Assembly: GCA_964230555.1 (NCBI GenBank)
Contig: CAXRIX010000078.1
Location: 10 to 64,009 of the forward strand
DNA: 64,000 nucleotides
From: Bdellovibrionales bacterium
Lineage (GTDB): Bacteria; Bdellovibrionota; Bdellovibrionia; Bdellovibrionales; JAGQZY01
Direction of reading: 5' to 3'
A program made the position numbers and the translations under genes. Below, in pieces: positions 25,587 to 36,042 of this stretch (within the stretch, counting starts at the first letter, position 1; each line of letters opens with the position of its first letter). Below the pieces are notes generated by a model. It worked only from the letters and a program-made list of their open reading frames with translations, was not told where the DNA came from and did not search any database.

Positions 25587-26240
25587 ATGAACAAAAATGA
25601 AGATATTGAAATTGCTATGTTTCCCATTCCCAACGTGGTGACGTTTCCCCAAGCTGTAGTTCCCCTGCACGTTTTCGAACCTCGCTATCGAAAATTGATT
25701 ACCGATAGCCTCGAACAGAATCGTCGCATTGGAGTGTGCCATATCGTTCGCCTTCTTCACGAAGCTGAAAAGCCATCCACCTTGGAAGAGAAGCTAAAAT
25801 CCAATCAAGACACCTATGAGCCTCAGTCTATTTTTTCGGCTGGCTTCTGTGAGCTTAAAGAAACCACTGAAGACGGTCGAATGATGATCGAGGTCAAAAT
25901 GGATGGACGCTATGAACTACAAGAACGAATTCAAGAAGTCCCCTACCAAATTTATCGGTGTCGAGAATACACCGATGACACCAGCGATGAATCCAAGGCA
26001 AAAGAAAAGCGCGAAGCGATTGATCGGTTTTTATTGAAGTTCGCTGACCAGAAAGACAGCGAGAAAGTTCAGAAAATGATCGAAGCGCCTTCTTGGCAAG
26101 GACTATCGATGCAAGACTACAGTTTTCAATTATTTAATATGCTGCATTTTGATGCTGAAATTTCGCAGACAATTTTAGAGATGAAATCCAGCGAAGAACG
26201 TCTTGATTTCGCCTGTCGCGTACTCAATATACCGACCTAG
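25587..26240 (+). CDS. Lon N-terminal (LON substrate-binding) domain protein
   Basis: 217 aa with IAMFPIPNVVTFPQAVVPLHVFEPRYRKLI, typical of stand-alone Lon-N domain proteins. Confidence 0.7.
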   Translation: MNKNEDIEIAMFPIPNVVTFPQAVVPLHVFEPRYRKLITDSLEQNRRIGVCHIVRLLHEAEKPSTLEEKLKSNQDTYEPQSIFSAGFCELKETTEDGRMMIEVKMDGRYELQERIQEVPYQIYRCREYTDDTSDESKAKEKREAIDRFLLKFADQKDSEKVQKMIEAPSWQGLSMQDYSFQLFNMLHFDAEISQTILEMKSSEERLDFACRVLNIPT

Positions 26241-26250
26241 AAAAGTTCGA

Positions 26251-27615
26251 CTATTCTAGGTCAATTCCAAACGACTTAATTTTGCGATGCAAATACGAAC
26301 GCTCAAGACCTATGGCTTCTGCTGTTTTCGAAATATTACCATTGTTCTCGTTGATTTTCTTGATGATGTACTCTTTTTCGAACATCGATCGGGCCTCTCG
26401 AAAACTGCCAGCATCGGAAAAGACGGAGCCCGCGTCTTTTTGATTGAGACCCGCGAATGTTAAGTCGTGAACATCGACGACGTCTTCCTCTGTCAGAATG
26501 TAAATACGCTCAATGAAGTTTTTTATCTCTCGCACATTTCCGGGCCAATCATGTTTGACTAACTCCTTCATGGCCTTAGCTGAAAACTTCTTTTCAGGAT
26601 AGCCGCCACTGAGGCAGGATTTTTCAGAGAAATGACAAACCAAGGGTTCAATATCTTCCCGTCGATCTCGCATCGGGGGAATATTGAAAGGCACGACATG
26701 CAGGCGGTAGTAAAGGTCTTCACGGAATTGTCCTTTGGACACCATATCCTGCAGGTCTTGGGTGGTGGCAGCAATCACTCGCACATCCAATTCCAATTGT
26801 CGACTGCCACCAACGCGCTGAATTTTATGATCTTCTAAATATTTGACCAATTTGGCTTGAACCGCCATCGGAAGTTTATCAACATCATCAAGGAACAAAG
26901 TCCCTTTGTCAGCATGGTCAAAAGAGCCTTTGCGCTCATCGCCATTGCCAATAACAGCCCCTTGCTCGTAACCAAACAACTCACCTTCAATCAGGTCTTC
27001 AGTATTGTGGGCACATTTAAAATCAACAAACGACTGACCGGCACGAGGGCTGAGGTAATGAATGTTCATAGCAACAAGTTCTTTGCCAACACCCTGCTCG
27101 CCTTTAACCAAAACCCAGGAGTTGGTCGGAGCAATGCGAGAAATCAATTCTTTTATTTTCTTTGCCTCATTGGAATTACCAATGATCGCCATATTTTGCC
27201 GTAGCTTATTGAGCAAGGATTTTTTCTCTGTACGGATAGTTCGAACATCGATCAGGTTTTTCAAAAGAATCGTGATCTTGTCCATCGATATGGGCTTTTC
27301 GACAAAGTCCCAGGCTCCTAATTTGGTGGCCTCAACAGCGGTCTCAATGGTTCCATGGCCAGACATCATAATCACATCGGGCCGATTCGGTTGCGGCGAT
27401 AGTTCTCTTAACAGGTCCATCCCATCACGATCACCGGGCATCCAAATATCCAAAAGGACAATATCAGGTTGAAAACGTTCGATTTTCTGGAGTCCCACCT
27501 CAGCGTTTTCTGCAGAATCGACGACAAACCCTTCGTCAGCCAGCGATGCGCAAAGAACTTCACGGATCGGGGCTTCATCATCAATCACCAAAATCTTTTC
27601 TGTTTTATATTCCAA
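26251..27615 (-). CDS. NtrC-family response regulator (REC + AAA+ + Fis HTH) with a degenerate GAFTGA loop, NtrX-like
   Basis: 454 aa with a receiver domain (ILVIDDE...DIVLLDIWMPG), Walker A GEQGVGKE, RED(L)YYRL and a C-terminal HTH. The sigma-54 contact motif reads GAVIGN instead of GAFTGA. Confidence 0.8.
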   Translation of the reverse strand: MEYKTEKILVIDDEAPIREVLCASLADEGFVVDSAENAEVGLQKIERFQPDIVLLDIWMPGDRDGMDLLRELSPQPNRPDVIMMSGHGTIETAVEATKLGAWDFVEKPISMDKITILLKNLIDVRTIRTEKKSLLNKLRQNMAIIGNSNEAKKIKELISRIAPTNSWVLVKGEQGVGKELVAMNIHYLSPRAGQSFVDFKCAHNTEDLIEGELFGYEQGAVIGNGDERKGSFDHADKGTLFLDDVDKLPMAVQAKLVKYLEDHKIQRVGGSRQLELDVRVIAATTQDLQDMVSKGQFREDLYYRLHVVPFNIPPMRDRREDIEPLVCHFSEKSCLSGGYPEKKFSAKAMKELVKHDWPGNVREIKNFIERIYILTEEDVVDVHDLTFAGLNQKDAGSVFSDAGSFREARSMFEKEYIIKKINENNGNISKTAEAIGLERSYLHRKIKSFGIDLE

Positions 27616-27682
27616 AATGACTCCTGGTTTTTTTTGGTTCTACACTAGGCTCTCAACCTTGCAAAGTCCTTTATAACTCACT

Positions 27683-29869
27683 TTAGCCTCGACTGTAAGG
27701 CAGCTCAATACGGGCGACAAGCCCCACAGGCTGATTTCTTTCCAACTTCACGTAGCCACCGTGGTCTTCGACGATCTTTTTCACAATGGTAAGGCCAAGA
27801 CCCGAGCCTCCTGGACGCTTCGAGTAATACGGCTCAAACATTCGACGCATCTCCTCATCAGAGACCGCCTTGCCGTTGTCGATCACACTGATGGTGACTA
27901 AATTATTACTTTCATCCGACTCAACCTCAATACGAATTTCTGGCTTGGCGGCCTCGGAGGTGGCGTTAACAGCATTCTCAACTAGATTGAATACCGCTCG
28001 CTTCAACTGTTCAGGGTCAAAATAGCAAGGTTTTAAGTGATTATCGAGGGCACCAACGAAACGAATTTTTCGGTGGGCGTGCTCATAAAAGGCAATCACT
28101 TTTTCTATCATTTCATTGAGATCACCAAGGCGAGCATGGGTCTCGGGAAGGCGAGCAAATTGGCTGAACTCATTGATGAGATATTTTAATGAATCTGTTT
28201 GCTCGATAATCATGTTGGTGCAAGAGGTGAAGGCGGGGTCATCGATCTCTTTTGAAAACTTTTTCTGCAACCGTTGTGCCGACAGCTTAATGGGAGTCAG
28301 GGGGTTTTTGACCTCATGAGCGATTCGTCTGGCCACTTCTTTCCAAGCTGCGGCTCTTTGCCCTTGCACGACATCAGTTAAGTCGTCAAACGCCACCACC
28401 TTACCAAGATCCTGACCCCGGTCATTATAGAGAGTCGAAATTTTTAACATCGACGGGATACTGGTATTTTTACGATCGATGATGATCTCTTTCTCAATGG
28501 TATTGAGCTTGTGGGTTTTCATTTTACTAACCATCTGGCGATACAATCGAAAGTACTTTTCGTCTAAAACTTCTTGGGCATTTTTATTGATGTAATCTTT
28601 GGTGTTAATCTGCAAAAGTTTGGAGGCCTTTTCATTGATCATTGTGATGCGATCACTTGAGTCTAAAGAAATAACACCGGTGTTGACGTTCGACAAAACC
28701 ACATGCATGTAACGTCGGCGCTGATCCAGTTCCTGCAAAGTGGCCTTTAAGCTATCATTGGCTTCGCTGGTTTCACTTCGATATCGCTCGAGTGCATCGA
28801 CCATGACATTAAAATGCTGAGCCAAGGTGTCGACTTCCGTCTCGCCCGCATCGAGCTCCACTTTTTGATAATTGCCTTCAGCAATTTTTTGCGTGGCCTG
28901 CCCTAAGGTCTCTAGAGAATGAGACAGATGTTTTGAAATATAAACGCCAAACCAGACCGAACAGAATAAAATCATCAAGGTCATTAACACCAGAACGATA
29001 ACGTAGATCGATTTTAAAGGATACTCTAAGGGATTCACTCCCTTCATTTCTTCGTAGGCTAAAGAAACATCGTTCATTTTTGAAATAACAGAGACTGGAA
29101 TAAATGTTGAAATAGCCACCAAGCCTCGCTCATCACCCATTGGCACCATCACTCGTACCAAATTGCCTTGGTTCAATGTGTTGATCGCACTTTTTTCTAA
29201 TCCATCACTGATGACTCGCTTTAGAAGATCCATGGAGGGCGGCGGTATTATCGGTACTGTGGCGTCATCAACAATAGAGATCAACCGCTCACTTTCAAGG
29301 TCAGGATAATACTCGACAACGTCCAGGCTTTGCTCTTTTCTAAAATCGATCAACACTTTCTTTTTTTCATCGCTGCCTCCGGCCTCACGCAGACGTTCAG
29401 CGAGAATAAAAGCGGCATTAAAATTCTTCTTTTTTGCGGTCGAATAGTACTCATCCTGAATCACCACCGCACTTTTTAGAACACCTTGCATTTTGTCACT
29501 GAACCATCGATCAAAGCTTGAGTTGATATAAAACAAGGAGATTACGAACATCAGAGCCGTTGGTACCAAACTGAAAACTAAGAAAGTGGCGATGAGTCGC
29601 GATTTTAAAGAATTACCAATCCAACCTTTGCGGTTGTCGACAAAAGCCTTAAATAAATTTCGAAGAATAAAAAAGGAAAGAAGTAAAAGAAGTATAAGGT
29701 TAAAATTGATGAGCCCAAAAAAGAAAATGGATTGGTTGAGAGGGAGTTGCTCACCAAAACTAAAAATTTTGATTTCAAACCAGGCTAAAATACAGAAAAC
29801 AATGGCAAGAACGATCGACAGAGTGATTTCTCTGTTTTTCTTTCTTGCCTCCAGTCTTTTTATCTTCAT
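27683..29869 (-). CDS. Membrane sensor histidine kinase (TM-HAMP-PAS-HisKA-HATPase), NtrY-like
   Basis: 728 aa with N-terminal TM helices, H-box HEVKNPLTPIKLSAQRL, N-box NLVENAVNA and G-box GSGLGLTIVKKIVEDHGG. Confidence 0.8.
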   Translation of the reverse strand: MKIKRLEARKKNREITLSIVLAIVFCILAWFEIKIFSFGEQLPLNQSIFFFGLINFNLILLLLLSFFILRNLFKAFVDNRKGWIGNSLKSRLIATFLVFSLVPTALMFVISLFYINSSFDRWFSDKMQGVLKSAVVIQDEYYSTAKKKNFNAAFILAERLREAGGSDEKKKVLIDFRKEQSLDVVEYYPDLESERLISIVDDATVPIIPPPSMDLLKRVISDGLEKSAINTLNQGNLVRVMVPMGDERGLVAISTFIPVSVISKMNDVSLAYEEMKGVNPLEYPLKSIYVIVLVLMTLMILFCSVWFGVYISKHLSHSLETLGQATQKIAEGNYQKVELDAGETEVDTLAQHFNVMVDALERYRSETSEANDSLKATLQELDQRRRYMHVVLSNVNTGVISLDSSDRITMINEKASKLLQINTKDYINKNAQEVLDEKYFRLYRQMVSKMKTHKLNTIEKEIIIDRKNTSIPSMLKISTLYNDRGQDLGKVVAFDDLTDVVQGQRAAAWKEVARRIAHEVKNPLTPIKLSAQRLQKKFSKEIDDPAFTSCTNMIIEQTDSLKYLINEFSQFARLPETHARLGDLNEMIEKVIAFYEHAHRKIRFVGALDNHLKPCYFDPEQLKRAVFNLVENAVNATSEAAKPEIRIEVESDESNNLVTISVIDNGKAVSDEEMRRMFEPYYSKRPGGSGLGLTIVKKIVEDHGGYVKLERNQPVGLVARIELPYSRG

Positions 29870-29872
29870 CGC

Positions 29873-30340
29873 CTATAGTTTAAGGATGGATTCTATGACT
29901 TGCAACATATCTAAGGCGACTTGTGCCGCCTCTTCGCCTTTGTTGCCTTTGGCGCCGCCACAACGCGACTCAGCTTGTGAGCGATTCTCAGTGGTCAGAA
30001 CCCCGAAGGCGACCGGCTTGTTGTATTGCAGTTGTAACTGAGAGCAGCCTCTTTCTACCGCATTGCAGACATAATCGTAATGGCTGGTCTCGCCACGAAT
30101 CACGATACCGAGGGCCACGACAGCATCGCAATCGCCTTTTTCAAGAAGATTTTTAACCGCCAAAGGGATTTCTACAGCTCCAGGAACGTACACCCGTGCA
30201 TAAGGTTGCATATCGTGCTTGGCCAACTGTTCAATGGCACCCGACTCTAATTTTAAAGTTAATTCCTCGTTAAACTTCGCCGTAACAATGGCCACTTTTT
30301 TTTGTGAACTCACACCTGGCTTTGCTTGTATTACACTCAT
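29873..30340 (-). CDS. ribH: 6,7-dimethyl-8-ribityllumazine synthase
   Basis: 155 aa with VAIVTAKFNEELT, VPGAVEIPLA, IRGETSHYDYVC and FGVLTTE. Confidence 0.93.
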   Translation of the reverse strand: MSVIQAKPGVSSQKKVAIVTAKFNEELTLKLESGAIEQLAKHDMQPYARVYVPGAVEIPLAVKNLLEKGDCDAVVALGIVIRGETSHYDYVCNAVERGCSQLQLQYNKPVAFGVLTTENRSQAESRCGGAKGNKGEEAAQVALDMLQVIESILKL

Positions 30341-30348
30341 AATTTCAC

Positions 30349-31491
30349 CTAGTTTAAGACTCGTTCAGATTCTTCTGTCACTGGCACTGATTCTTCACCG
30401 GTGGAAGTGACCGACACTATTTCAAGGCCAAAGCCTTTAAGACCAATATTTTTCGGCGGCATTCTTGAAACCAAATTGATTTTGCCAACACCAAGAGCGC
30501 GCAGAATTTGCGCGCCAATACCATACTCACGAGGGTCCATTTTTCTTGGCTTCGGCTTTTTGCCAAAGGAATTCACCTGGTCAGCAATAATTGAGCTCAT
30601 TCCCTCTTTACGAAGATAGACAAAGACTCCACTGTCCTGCTTGGCCAACTGTTCTAATATTCCGTGAATTCTTGACTGCGAGTCGTAATTTCCGCCGCGC
30701 AAAACATCACCAAGTACATTTTCGACCTGGACTCTGACAAAGGTGGGCTCGTCCTTTTTAATCTGGCCTTTCTGAATCACAATATTTTCAGAACCATCCA
30801 TGACATTCTTAAACACTTTAACGCGAAAGTCTGAACTGAAAGGATTGGGAAGAGGTTCGTCAGCGACTTCCTTGATGAAGGTTTCGTTTTCAAGACGATA
30901 AGAAATAAGATCTTCAATCGTACCAATCTTTAAATCAAATTTTTTAGCAAACTCGCGCAAATCAGCAAGCCGGGCCATGGTGCCGTCTTCTTTCATGATC
31001 TCACAAATAACAGCCGCTGGATTTAAACCCGCGAGTTTGGCAAGGTCGACACTGCCTTCAGTATGCCCCGCTCTTTTGAGCACCCCACCGTTTTGCGCGC
31101 GAATAGGAAACACATGTCCGGGCATAATCACATCCTGCGGCTCCGCACTGGGACTGGCGGCAACCCGAATCGTGTGGGCTCGATCAGCGGCCGAGATTCC
31201 TGTAGAAACCCCCTTAGAGGCTTCGATACTGACTGTAAAGGCTGTCTTGTTTGGAGAGTTGTTGGTGCGATTACCAACCATTAATGGAATTCCTAACTTT
31301 TCAATCTGGTTGGCGGTTAAAGCCAAGCAAATCAAACCGCGGGCCTCCTTAGCCATAAAATTGATCATTGCCGGGGTGACGAAGTCAGCGGCCAGTACAA
31401 TATCTCCCTCATTCTCTCGATCCTCATCATCGACCAAAATGACCATTCGTCCATTTCGAATATCTTCTATGAGTTCTCTAGCACTATGCAT
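30349..31491 (-). CDS. ribB: 3,4-dihydroxy-2-butanone-4-phosphate synthase fused to a GTP-cyclohydrolase-II-like domain that lacks the zinc cysteines
   Basis: The N-half is RibB (VDDEDRENEGDIVLAA, GHTEGSVDLA). The C-half aligns to RibA, but the SECLTGD...CDCG region reads VENVLGDVLRGGNYDSQSR. Confidence 0.85.
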   Translation of the reverse strand: MHSARELIEDIRNGRMVILVDDEDRENEGDIVLAADFVTPAMINFMAKEARGLICLALTANQIEKLGIPLMVGNRTNNSPNKTAFTVSIEASKGVSTGISAADRAHTIRVAASPSAEPQDVIMPGHVFPIRAQNGGVLKRAGHTEGSVDLAKLAGLNPAAVICEIMKEDGTMARLADLREFAKKFDLKIGTIEDLISYRLENETFIKEVADEPLPNPFSSDFRVKVFKNVMDGSENIVIQKGQIKKDEPTFVRVQVENVLGDVLRGGNYDSQSRIHGILEQLAKQDSGVFVYLRKEGMSSIIADQVNSFGKKPKPRKMDPREYGIGAQILRALGVGKINLVSRMPPKNIGLKGFGLEIVSVTSTGEESVPVTEESERVLN

Positions 31492-32083
31492 TTATTGCTC
31501 CTTGGGATTTCAACAGCCCCTTCATGTAATAATCCGTCTCTATATTTACTTTTGACGATTCATTGATCTCTTCAAAATTGGTCTTACGTAAAGTTTCTGG
31601 AATAAGACAGACCTGGAAAACATTATCTTTAATACTATTGACCGTTAACGAAACACCATTGATAGCCACACTTGATTTTTCCCATATCAATTTAGAAAAG
31701 CTTGCAGGAACTTCGAAATCCAACAATAGACACTCACCGGCCCACTGTTTTTTTACTAAAGTTGTCGTCGTGTCGACGTGTCCTGACACCAGGTGACCGT
31801 GGATTCGATCGCCAAACTTCAATGATCTTTCTAAATTTAGAGTCTGAGACTCCAACTGCTGCGGATTCCAGTTTGTTATTTGTAAGGTTTCAAAGCCAAT
31901 CGTAAAGGTAATTGTTTCGGAATCAAAGGCTTCAACAGTTAAGCAGACGCCATTGCAAGCAACACTGTCGCCGATACTGAGGTCATCAAAATCTCGCGGT
32001 CGCCCCACCACAATCTGAATCGATTGGTCCTTGGGAAGAACCTGCAAGATTGTTGCTTTGTCTTCTATAATTCCAGTGAACAA
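31484..32083 (-). CDS. ribE: Riboflavin synthase alpha chain
   Basis: Canonical MFTGIIE N-terminus if TTG 32083 is used, with GGAGGA 8 nt upstream. The ORF-track start is 32098. Two lumazine-binding repeats (GDSVACNGVCLTV, SSVAINGVSLTV). Confidence 0.9.
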   Translation of the reverse strand: MFTGIIEDKATILQVLPKDQSIQIVVGRPRDFDDLSIGDSVACNGVCLTVEAFDSETITFTIGFETLQITNWNPQQLESQTLNLERSLKFGDRIHGHLVSGHVDTTTTLVKKQWAGECLLLDFEVPASFSKLIWEKSSVAINGVSLTVNSIKDNVFQVCLIPETLRKTNFEEINESSKVNIETDYYMKGLLKSQGAINA

Positions 32084-32190
32084 GAGTCGTTCCTCCAACA
32101 GCCTGAATTTGCTGGGAGAATATGGTTTTTGATTCCCATTGTCAATAAGCGTCGAAAAGCTTTTTTAAAGTGATTTCAATAACTTAACTT

Positions 32191-33084
32191 CTAGATCTCG
32201 AGAAAGTTGGCCAAAGATTTAATATCAACGGCACAATGACCACCGGTATTGGGACGCCAGTAGGTCATGGCGCGGGTTTTTTGCAGGTTCATTACAAACG
32301 ATTCGACACCCTCAAAAAGACCAAATTCATCACGGGTACCGGCGGTGATATAAAATTTTGGACGCGATTCAAAAGCCACTCGCTTTACTTTTTCAAGTGG
32401 ACTGAACTGGAGCCATTCATCCACATTAACAAACATGCTGCGACCCAAACCAATGACTGTGAAGATTGATTTGGGCTGAGCTCCGGTTCGATAGGCAAAG
32501 TTCATAAACTTATGCCAACGATCAAAAGGGCTGATTTTAAAAAGTGGAGGACATAAGGCTGCGACTTTTTGAAAATGCCGAGGCATCTCAAGAGCCACGG
32601 TCAAGGCATTCAAAGCGCCCATGGAGTTACCAATCAACCAGCGTTGTTTTGGGTGACCCACTTTTTTTTCAATAACCGGAAAAACTTCATTCTGAAACCT
32701 TTCCATCAACCCAGTATTGTTCTTCGTCATTTTTTTACTAATAACCCAGGTTTCACCAAAAGAGACCGTTATCACTAGGGGGACTTTCGCTAACTGTTTT
32801 TGCCAAATATTTTGCAATAGACCTGTGTAGCCTTTGCCATCACTCCAAAAATTTTCATCACCTCCCCGCCCGTGAAAGCTATAGAGAAAGGCGGTGGTAT
32901 CGGTGGTTGGAGTTAAGTGAACGCAGTACTTCCAATCTTCGCCACCCTGATAGCACTTTTTTTCTGGAGCTACGAATGGAACTTTAAGGGTGCCAAAGCT
33001 GCGAACGAGGAGTCCTTTGTATGTGACAAAGCAAGCCAAAATTATGACGTAGGCATAAAACAAGTATTTGATGGCTTTCCACAT
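32191..33084 (-). CDS. Putative esterase / alpha-beta hydrolase
   Basis: 297 aa with an N-terminal TM or signal segment, HGRGGDENFW and the nucleophile elbow GNSMGA. Confidence 0.65.
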   Translation of the reverse strand: MWKAIKYLFYAYVIILACFVTYKGLLVRSFGTLKVPFVAPEKKCYQGGEDWKYCVHLTPTTDTTAFLYSFHGRGGDENFWSDGKGYTGLLQNIWQKQLAKVPLVITVSFGETWVISKKMTKNNTGLMERFQNEVFPVIEKKVGHPKQRWLIGNSMGALNALTVALEMPRHFQKVAALCPPLFKISPFDRWHKFMNFAYRTGAQPKSIFTVIGLGRSMFVNVDEWLQFSPLEKVKRVAFESRPKFYITAGTRDEFGLFEGVESFVMNLQKTRAMTYWRPNTGGHCAVDIKSLANFLEI

Positions 33085-33134
33085 GAAAATAGTTTAGCCA
33101 CTTTTGCGAGGAATGCAATCAGAGGTTCTGGGCC

Positions 33135-35717
33135 TTAGGAAAATTTCAGACCCAGATCATGCCCTGACACCTTGACCGTGTCTCCCTTGTTGATCTCACC
33201 GGAGAGCAACTTTTTAGAGAGTACGTTGACAATTTCTTTCTGAATCACTCGCTTCAATGGCCGCGCTCCAAAAGTGGGGTCGTAGCCCTTTTTGGCAAGA
33301 TATTCGACCGCGGCATCATCGAGTTCGATATTGATTTCTTGTTCCGCCAGTCTCTGGGTAAAGCGTTTCAACTGAATTTTCACAATACCATGAAGATTTT
33401 CTTGGCTGAGCTTTTTAAACACCACCCGCTCGTCAATTCGGTTTAAAAACTCTGGACGAAAATAACTGGCAAGAGTTTCATCGATCTTTTCTTCAATCTG
33501 GTCGTCCGTGAGCTTATCATCCATAATAAATTCCGATCCTACATTGGAGGTCATGATGATAATTGTATTTTTAAAGTCAACGGTGCGACCCTGACCATCG
33601 GTCAATCGACCTTCATCAAAGACCTGCAACAGGATATTGAAGACGTCCTTGTGAGCTTTTTCGACCTCATCGAGTAAAACCACAGAATAGGGGCGGCGCC
33701 GGACGGCCTCAGTCAACTGACCGCCTTCATCGTAACCAACGTATCCCGGAGGAGCTCCGATCAAGCGGGAGACCGAATGCTTTTCCATGTACTCACTCAT
33801 ATCAATGCGAACAATATTCTCCTCAGTATCAAACATGAATTCTGCCAAAGCTTTAACGACTTCGGTTTTTCCGACACCGGTTGGGCCTAGGAAAAGAAAG
33901 GATCCAATGGGTTTATTAGGATCTGACAAGGCGGAGCGTGATCGACGAATCGCATCGGAAACCACTTCAAGAGCTTGGTCTTGTCCAACCACTCGGCCCC
34001 CGAGCAGCTTTTCCATTTCAAGAAGTTTCTCAGTCTCACTTTTGATCATCTTGTCGACAGGAATACCGGTCCAGCTGGAGACCACCTGCGAAATCAACTC
34101 GGGATCAACAATCTCGCGCAGTAGTTTATTATCATCATCCTCTTTTTCTTTTTCAGATGAGGCTTGATCAAGGCTTTCTTTTTCCTTTTCTAAATTTGGT
34201 AGCTCGCCATATTTTAGTTGCGCGGCTTTTTCGAGGTTACCTTCACGCTCGGCAATTTCAATCTGCGCTTTGGTTTCTTCAATTCTCTTTTTAACCTCTT
34301 TTAATCCTTCAATGCTCTGACGCTCTTTGTTCCACTGGTGTTCAAGGGTTTCTAACTGAGCTTGCAGTTCCTTAATTTCACTTTCTAGCTCACTCAGGCG
34401 TTTGGGGTTGGAGTTTTCATTTTTTAGAGCCTGCTCTTCAATCTGTAGTTGCATGATATCACGCTGGACGCGGTCAATTTCGACCGGCACGGATTTGATC
34501 TCCATACTCAATTTACTGGCGGCTTCGTCAACCAGATCAATGGCCTTGTCTGGCAAGAAACGGTTGGCAATGTAACGGTCAGACAATTGAGCCGCTGCGA
34601 TCAAAGCCGCATCGGTGATTTTCACACCGTGATGAACTTCATACTTGTCTTTTAGGCCCCTAAGAATAGTGATGGTGTCTTGGACTGAAGGTTCGCCAAC
34701 AAAAACGGTTTGGAACCGTCTTTCAAGGGCTTTGTCTTTTTCTATATATTCACGATACTCATCAAGAGTTGTGGCTCCGATACAGCGTAACTCTCCCCGC
34801 GCCAATGCCGGCTTTAGTAACTGCCCAGCATCCATGGCGCCGTCGGACTTACCAGCACCGACAAGAGTATGGAGCTCATCAATAAATAGAATGATCTCAC
34901 CATTCGCATTTTGAACTTCTTTGATGACGCCTTTTAAACGCTCTTCAAATTCTCCGCGGTATTTGGCACCCGCCACCAACGAGCCCATGTCAAGACTGAG
35001 GATTTTCTTATCGTTTAAGACTTCTGGCACATCTTTGCTAATAATCCGCAAGGCCAGTCCCTCGGCGATGGCGGTTTTACCAACGCCCGGCTCACCAATT
35101 AATACAGGATTGTTCTTTTTACGGCGGGCGAGAACTTGAATGGTGCGACGAATCTCTTCATTGCGACCGATCACGGGGTCTAGCTTTCCTTCGCCGGCCA
35201 ACTGGGTCAAATCTCGTGTGTATTTCTCAAGAACTTTGTAGTCACCGTCAGGGTTTTCACTCTGTATGGTCTCTCCACCTCTTAATTCAGTGTAGGCTTC
35301 CATCACTTTCTTTTCTTCGATATTAAGCTTTTTATACAATTGATTGAGTTCGCGATCTCCCATTTTTAGGGAACAAACAAAAAAATGTTCAACAGAAATA
35401 AAACCATCGCCAAGTTCGCCAGCCAAACCTTCACTAAATTTAAACAGAGATTGTAAGCGTTGACTGGCCAATAGGTTCGACTGTCCCGCCGTCACTTTCG
35501 GCATTCCATCAAGCCGACCTTTTAACGCCGCAATCAGCTCACTGCGGTTGGCGCCAATCGCCTTTAACAGATCAGAAATCCGATGAGTCGGCTCAGAGAA
35601 AATTTGAGCCAGTAAATGCTCGGGCTCTACCGAAGAGTGAGACAACTTTTCTGCCGTCTTGGCTGCCTTCTGCATTGTTTGTTTTGCTGGAACTGTCATT
35701 TTTTCTATATCGTTCAT
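33135..35717 (-). CDS. clpB: ATP-dependent chaperone ClpB
   Basis: 860 aa with two AAA+ modules ([19 protein letters not shown]), a long middle coiled coil and a Clp-N domain. Confidence 0.97.
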   Translation of the reverse strand: MNDIEKMTVPAKQTMQKAAKTAEKLSHSSVEPEHLLAQIFSEPTHRISDLLKAIGANRSELIAALKGRLDGMPKVTAGQSNLLASQRLQSLFKFSEGLAGELGDGFISVEHFFVCSLKMGDRELNQLYKKLNIEEKKVMEAYTELRGGETIQSENPDGDYKVLEKYTRDLTQLAGEGKLDPVIGRNEEIRRTIQVLARRKKNNPVLIGEPGVGKTAIAEGLALRIISKDVPEVLNDKKILSLDMGSLVAGAKYRGEFEERLKGVIKEVQNANGEIILFIDELHTLVGAGKSDGAMDAGQLLKPALARGELRCIGATTLDEYREYIEKDKALERRFQTVFVGEPSVQDTITILRGLKDKYEVHHGVKITDAALIAAAQLSDRYIANRFLPDKAIDLVDEAASKLSMEIKSVPVEIDRVQRDIMQLQIEEQALKNENSNPKRLSELESEIKELQAQLETLEHQWNKERQSIEGLKEVKKRIEETKAQIEIAEREGNLEKAAQLKYGELPNLEKEKESLDQASSEKEKEDDDNKLLREIVDPELISQVVSSWTGIPVDKMIKSETEKLLEMEKLLGGRVVGQDQALEVVSDAIRRSRSALSDPNKPIGSFLFLGPTGVGKTEVVKALAEFMFDTEENIVRIDMSEYMEKHSVSRLIGAPPGYVGYDEGGQLTEAVRRRPYSVVLLDEVEKAHKDVFNILLQVFDEGRLTDGQGRTVDFKNTIIIMTSNVGSEFIMDDKLTDDQIEEKIDETLASYFRPEFLNRIDERVVFKKLSQENLHGIVKIQLKRFTQRLAEQEINIELDDAAVEYLAKKGYDPTFGARPLKRVIQKEIVNVLSKKLLSGEINKGDTVKVSGHDLGLKFS

Positions 35718-35784
35718 GCTGTCCTCAAAGTGGTTTACAACTTCATTCTATATACTTAAGATGGGGCCGATTTCGGAGTTGTCA

Positions 35785-36042
35785 ATGTCACAAAATGGTC
35801 AAAATCCAGGGGCCTTTACGCCCAAACGAATCCGTCGAACGATCAAACTCGATCGAGTCCAGGCCTCTGATTTCAATAACTTACCATTAACCTATGCCTG
35901 TGAGCACTGCTCTTTTTTTGATCCCGAAAAAGACCGGTGCCTGATGGGAATGCCCACAGCTCCGCATCGTCTCAGCCAACAACACAAAACCTTTGATCTG
36001 ACCGGTCACATGGCGTTTTGCCGCTTTTTAGAGATTGATTAG
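35785..36042 (+). CDS. Small Cys-containing hypothetical protein (85 aa)
   Basis: ATG 35785 with GGAG 6 nt upstream. Cys pattern CEHC-x11-C...FC. The TAG stop overlaps the GTG start of the next gene by 1 nt. The ORF-track start at 35659 would overlap clpB. Confidence 0.55.
   Translation: MSQNGQNPGAFTPKRIRRTIKLDRVQASDFNNLPLTYACEHCSFFDPEKDRCLMGMPTAPHRLSQQHKTFDLTGHMAFCRFLEID

Noticed and set aside
32099-32190. FMN riboswitch expected upstream of the rib operon
   Set aside because: Only 92 nt lie between ribE and the upstream esterase gene, and none of the conserved RFN-element sequence blocks is visible.
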